Shown here piece after piece: positions 63,007 through 64,000 of a stretch of DNA of 64,000 nucleotides. Source of the DNA: Chara braunii (Eukaryota; Plantae; Charophyceae). The stretch covers positions 1,669,800 through 1,733,799 of the forward strand of contig BFEA01000015.1 in NCBI GenBank assembly GCA_003427395.1. The letters are read 5' to 3'. The notes under the pieces were generated by a model that made no database searches, was not told the origin of the DNA, and saw only the letters and a program-made list of their open reading frames with translations. The stretch's first letter is position 1. The number at the start of each line of letters is the position of its first letter. A program made the position numbers and the translations under genes.

Positions 63007-63944
63007 GTACGGAGGTCCCCGGGCAGAACTCCGTACGTACGGGCGTTTGGGGTCCCGTACGGGGTCCGAACCTGACGGCGTTCGGCCCCCACCAAAAATT
63101 ATTGTGGGCCATAAAAATCATTATTTTTTTCTGAATGTTTTTTCGTGACGTCTCTATGACGTGAGGTACACACATTTTCAAGTCATTTGGCTAAGCCAAA
63201 TAAGAAATAAAAATCGCCAAAGATGGCGGTGTCAAAACGTGCTCGCCCACATATGTTTTCACTTTTTACTTTTTGTTTTCACTTTAGTTCGGAGTCTGAA
63301 CAATTTTATTATTTTTTGAAACTTTTTTAGTGGGTTTTGTATTATGTGAAATACACATCTGTAATTTTTGAGGAAATTTAGCTATGCCAAAAAAAAAAGA
63401 AAAATCGCCAAAGATGGCGGTGTCGAAAACATGCTCTCGCACTCAGCAAATTTAATTCTCTTTTTATGTTTATTTATTTTTATTATTAGTATTTGTTTTC
63501 GGCGTTCGAGACGCCTATATATACAGGGTAACCGCCATCTTTAGCTAAATGCCCTGAAAATTTACAGTTGTGTACTTCACCTAATACAAAACCCACTTAA
63601 AAAGTTTCAGAAAATAATAAAATTATTTAGATCCCGAACTAAAGTGAAAACAAAAATTAAAAAGTGAAAAAATATGTGGGCGAGCACCTTTTGACACCGC
63701 CATCGTTGGCGATTTTTAATTTTTATTTGGATTTGCCAAATGACTTGAAAATTTACAGGCAGGTACCTCACGTCATAGAGAACTTACGAAAAACAATTCA
63801 AAAACAAATAATTATTTTTAGGTCCCGAAATATTTTTTGGCGGGGGCCGAACGTCGTCGGGTTCGGATCCCGTACGGGACCCCGAACGCCCGTACGTACG
63901 GAGGTTTTCCCGGGGACCTCCGTACGTACGGGCTGGTGACCCTA
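61586..63944. mobile_element. Cluster of tandem/nested hAT-like elements in (TA)n, same family as 31278-32044
   Basis: TAGGGTTACC...GGTTACCCTA (61586-62926) and CAGGGTAACC...GGTGACCCTA (63524-63944, TSD TATATATA/TACATATA). Repeated GCCAAAGATGGCGGTGTC units. Confidence 0.75.
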
Positions 63945-64000
63945 TACATATATATATGTGCCTCTAGTGCCAGCGGCGTGTCTGGAGTGTATTTTTTGGC

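Overview
Eukaryotic, plant-type genomic DNA from a gappy draft assembly. The DAD1 exon layout and the U6 sequence point to a streptophyte, possibly a non-seed plant; the taxon is not resolved. The only host protein gene I can support is DAD1/OST2 on the minus strand, spread over about 12.4 kb (43343-55747); its exon 2 is probably hidden in an N-gap. The rest is a nested mobile-element landscape: Athila/Tat-like Ty3/gypsy LTRs with decayed gag/pol, many non-autonomous hAT-like elements with 8-bp TSDs, Tourist, Stowaway and foldback MITEs, a LINE remnant and microsatellites. Three RNA-level signals stand out. (1) A ~115-nt retro-like element carrying a hammerhead-ribozyme core that inserts into (TA)n, plus a second, unrelated tandem hammerhead-like (Penelope pLTR-like) unit. 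(2) A ~200-nt pseudoknotted RNA structure held by compensatory base changes in four diverged LTR copies, upstream of the PBS. (3) At least 7 retroposed U6 snRNA copies in 64 kb, with TSDs, A-tails and shared variants, which suggests a U6-derived SINE-like family. All alignments and folds were done by eye.
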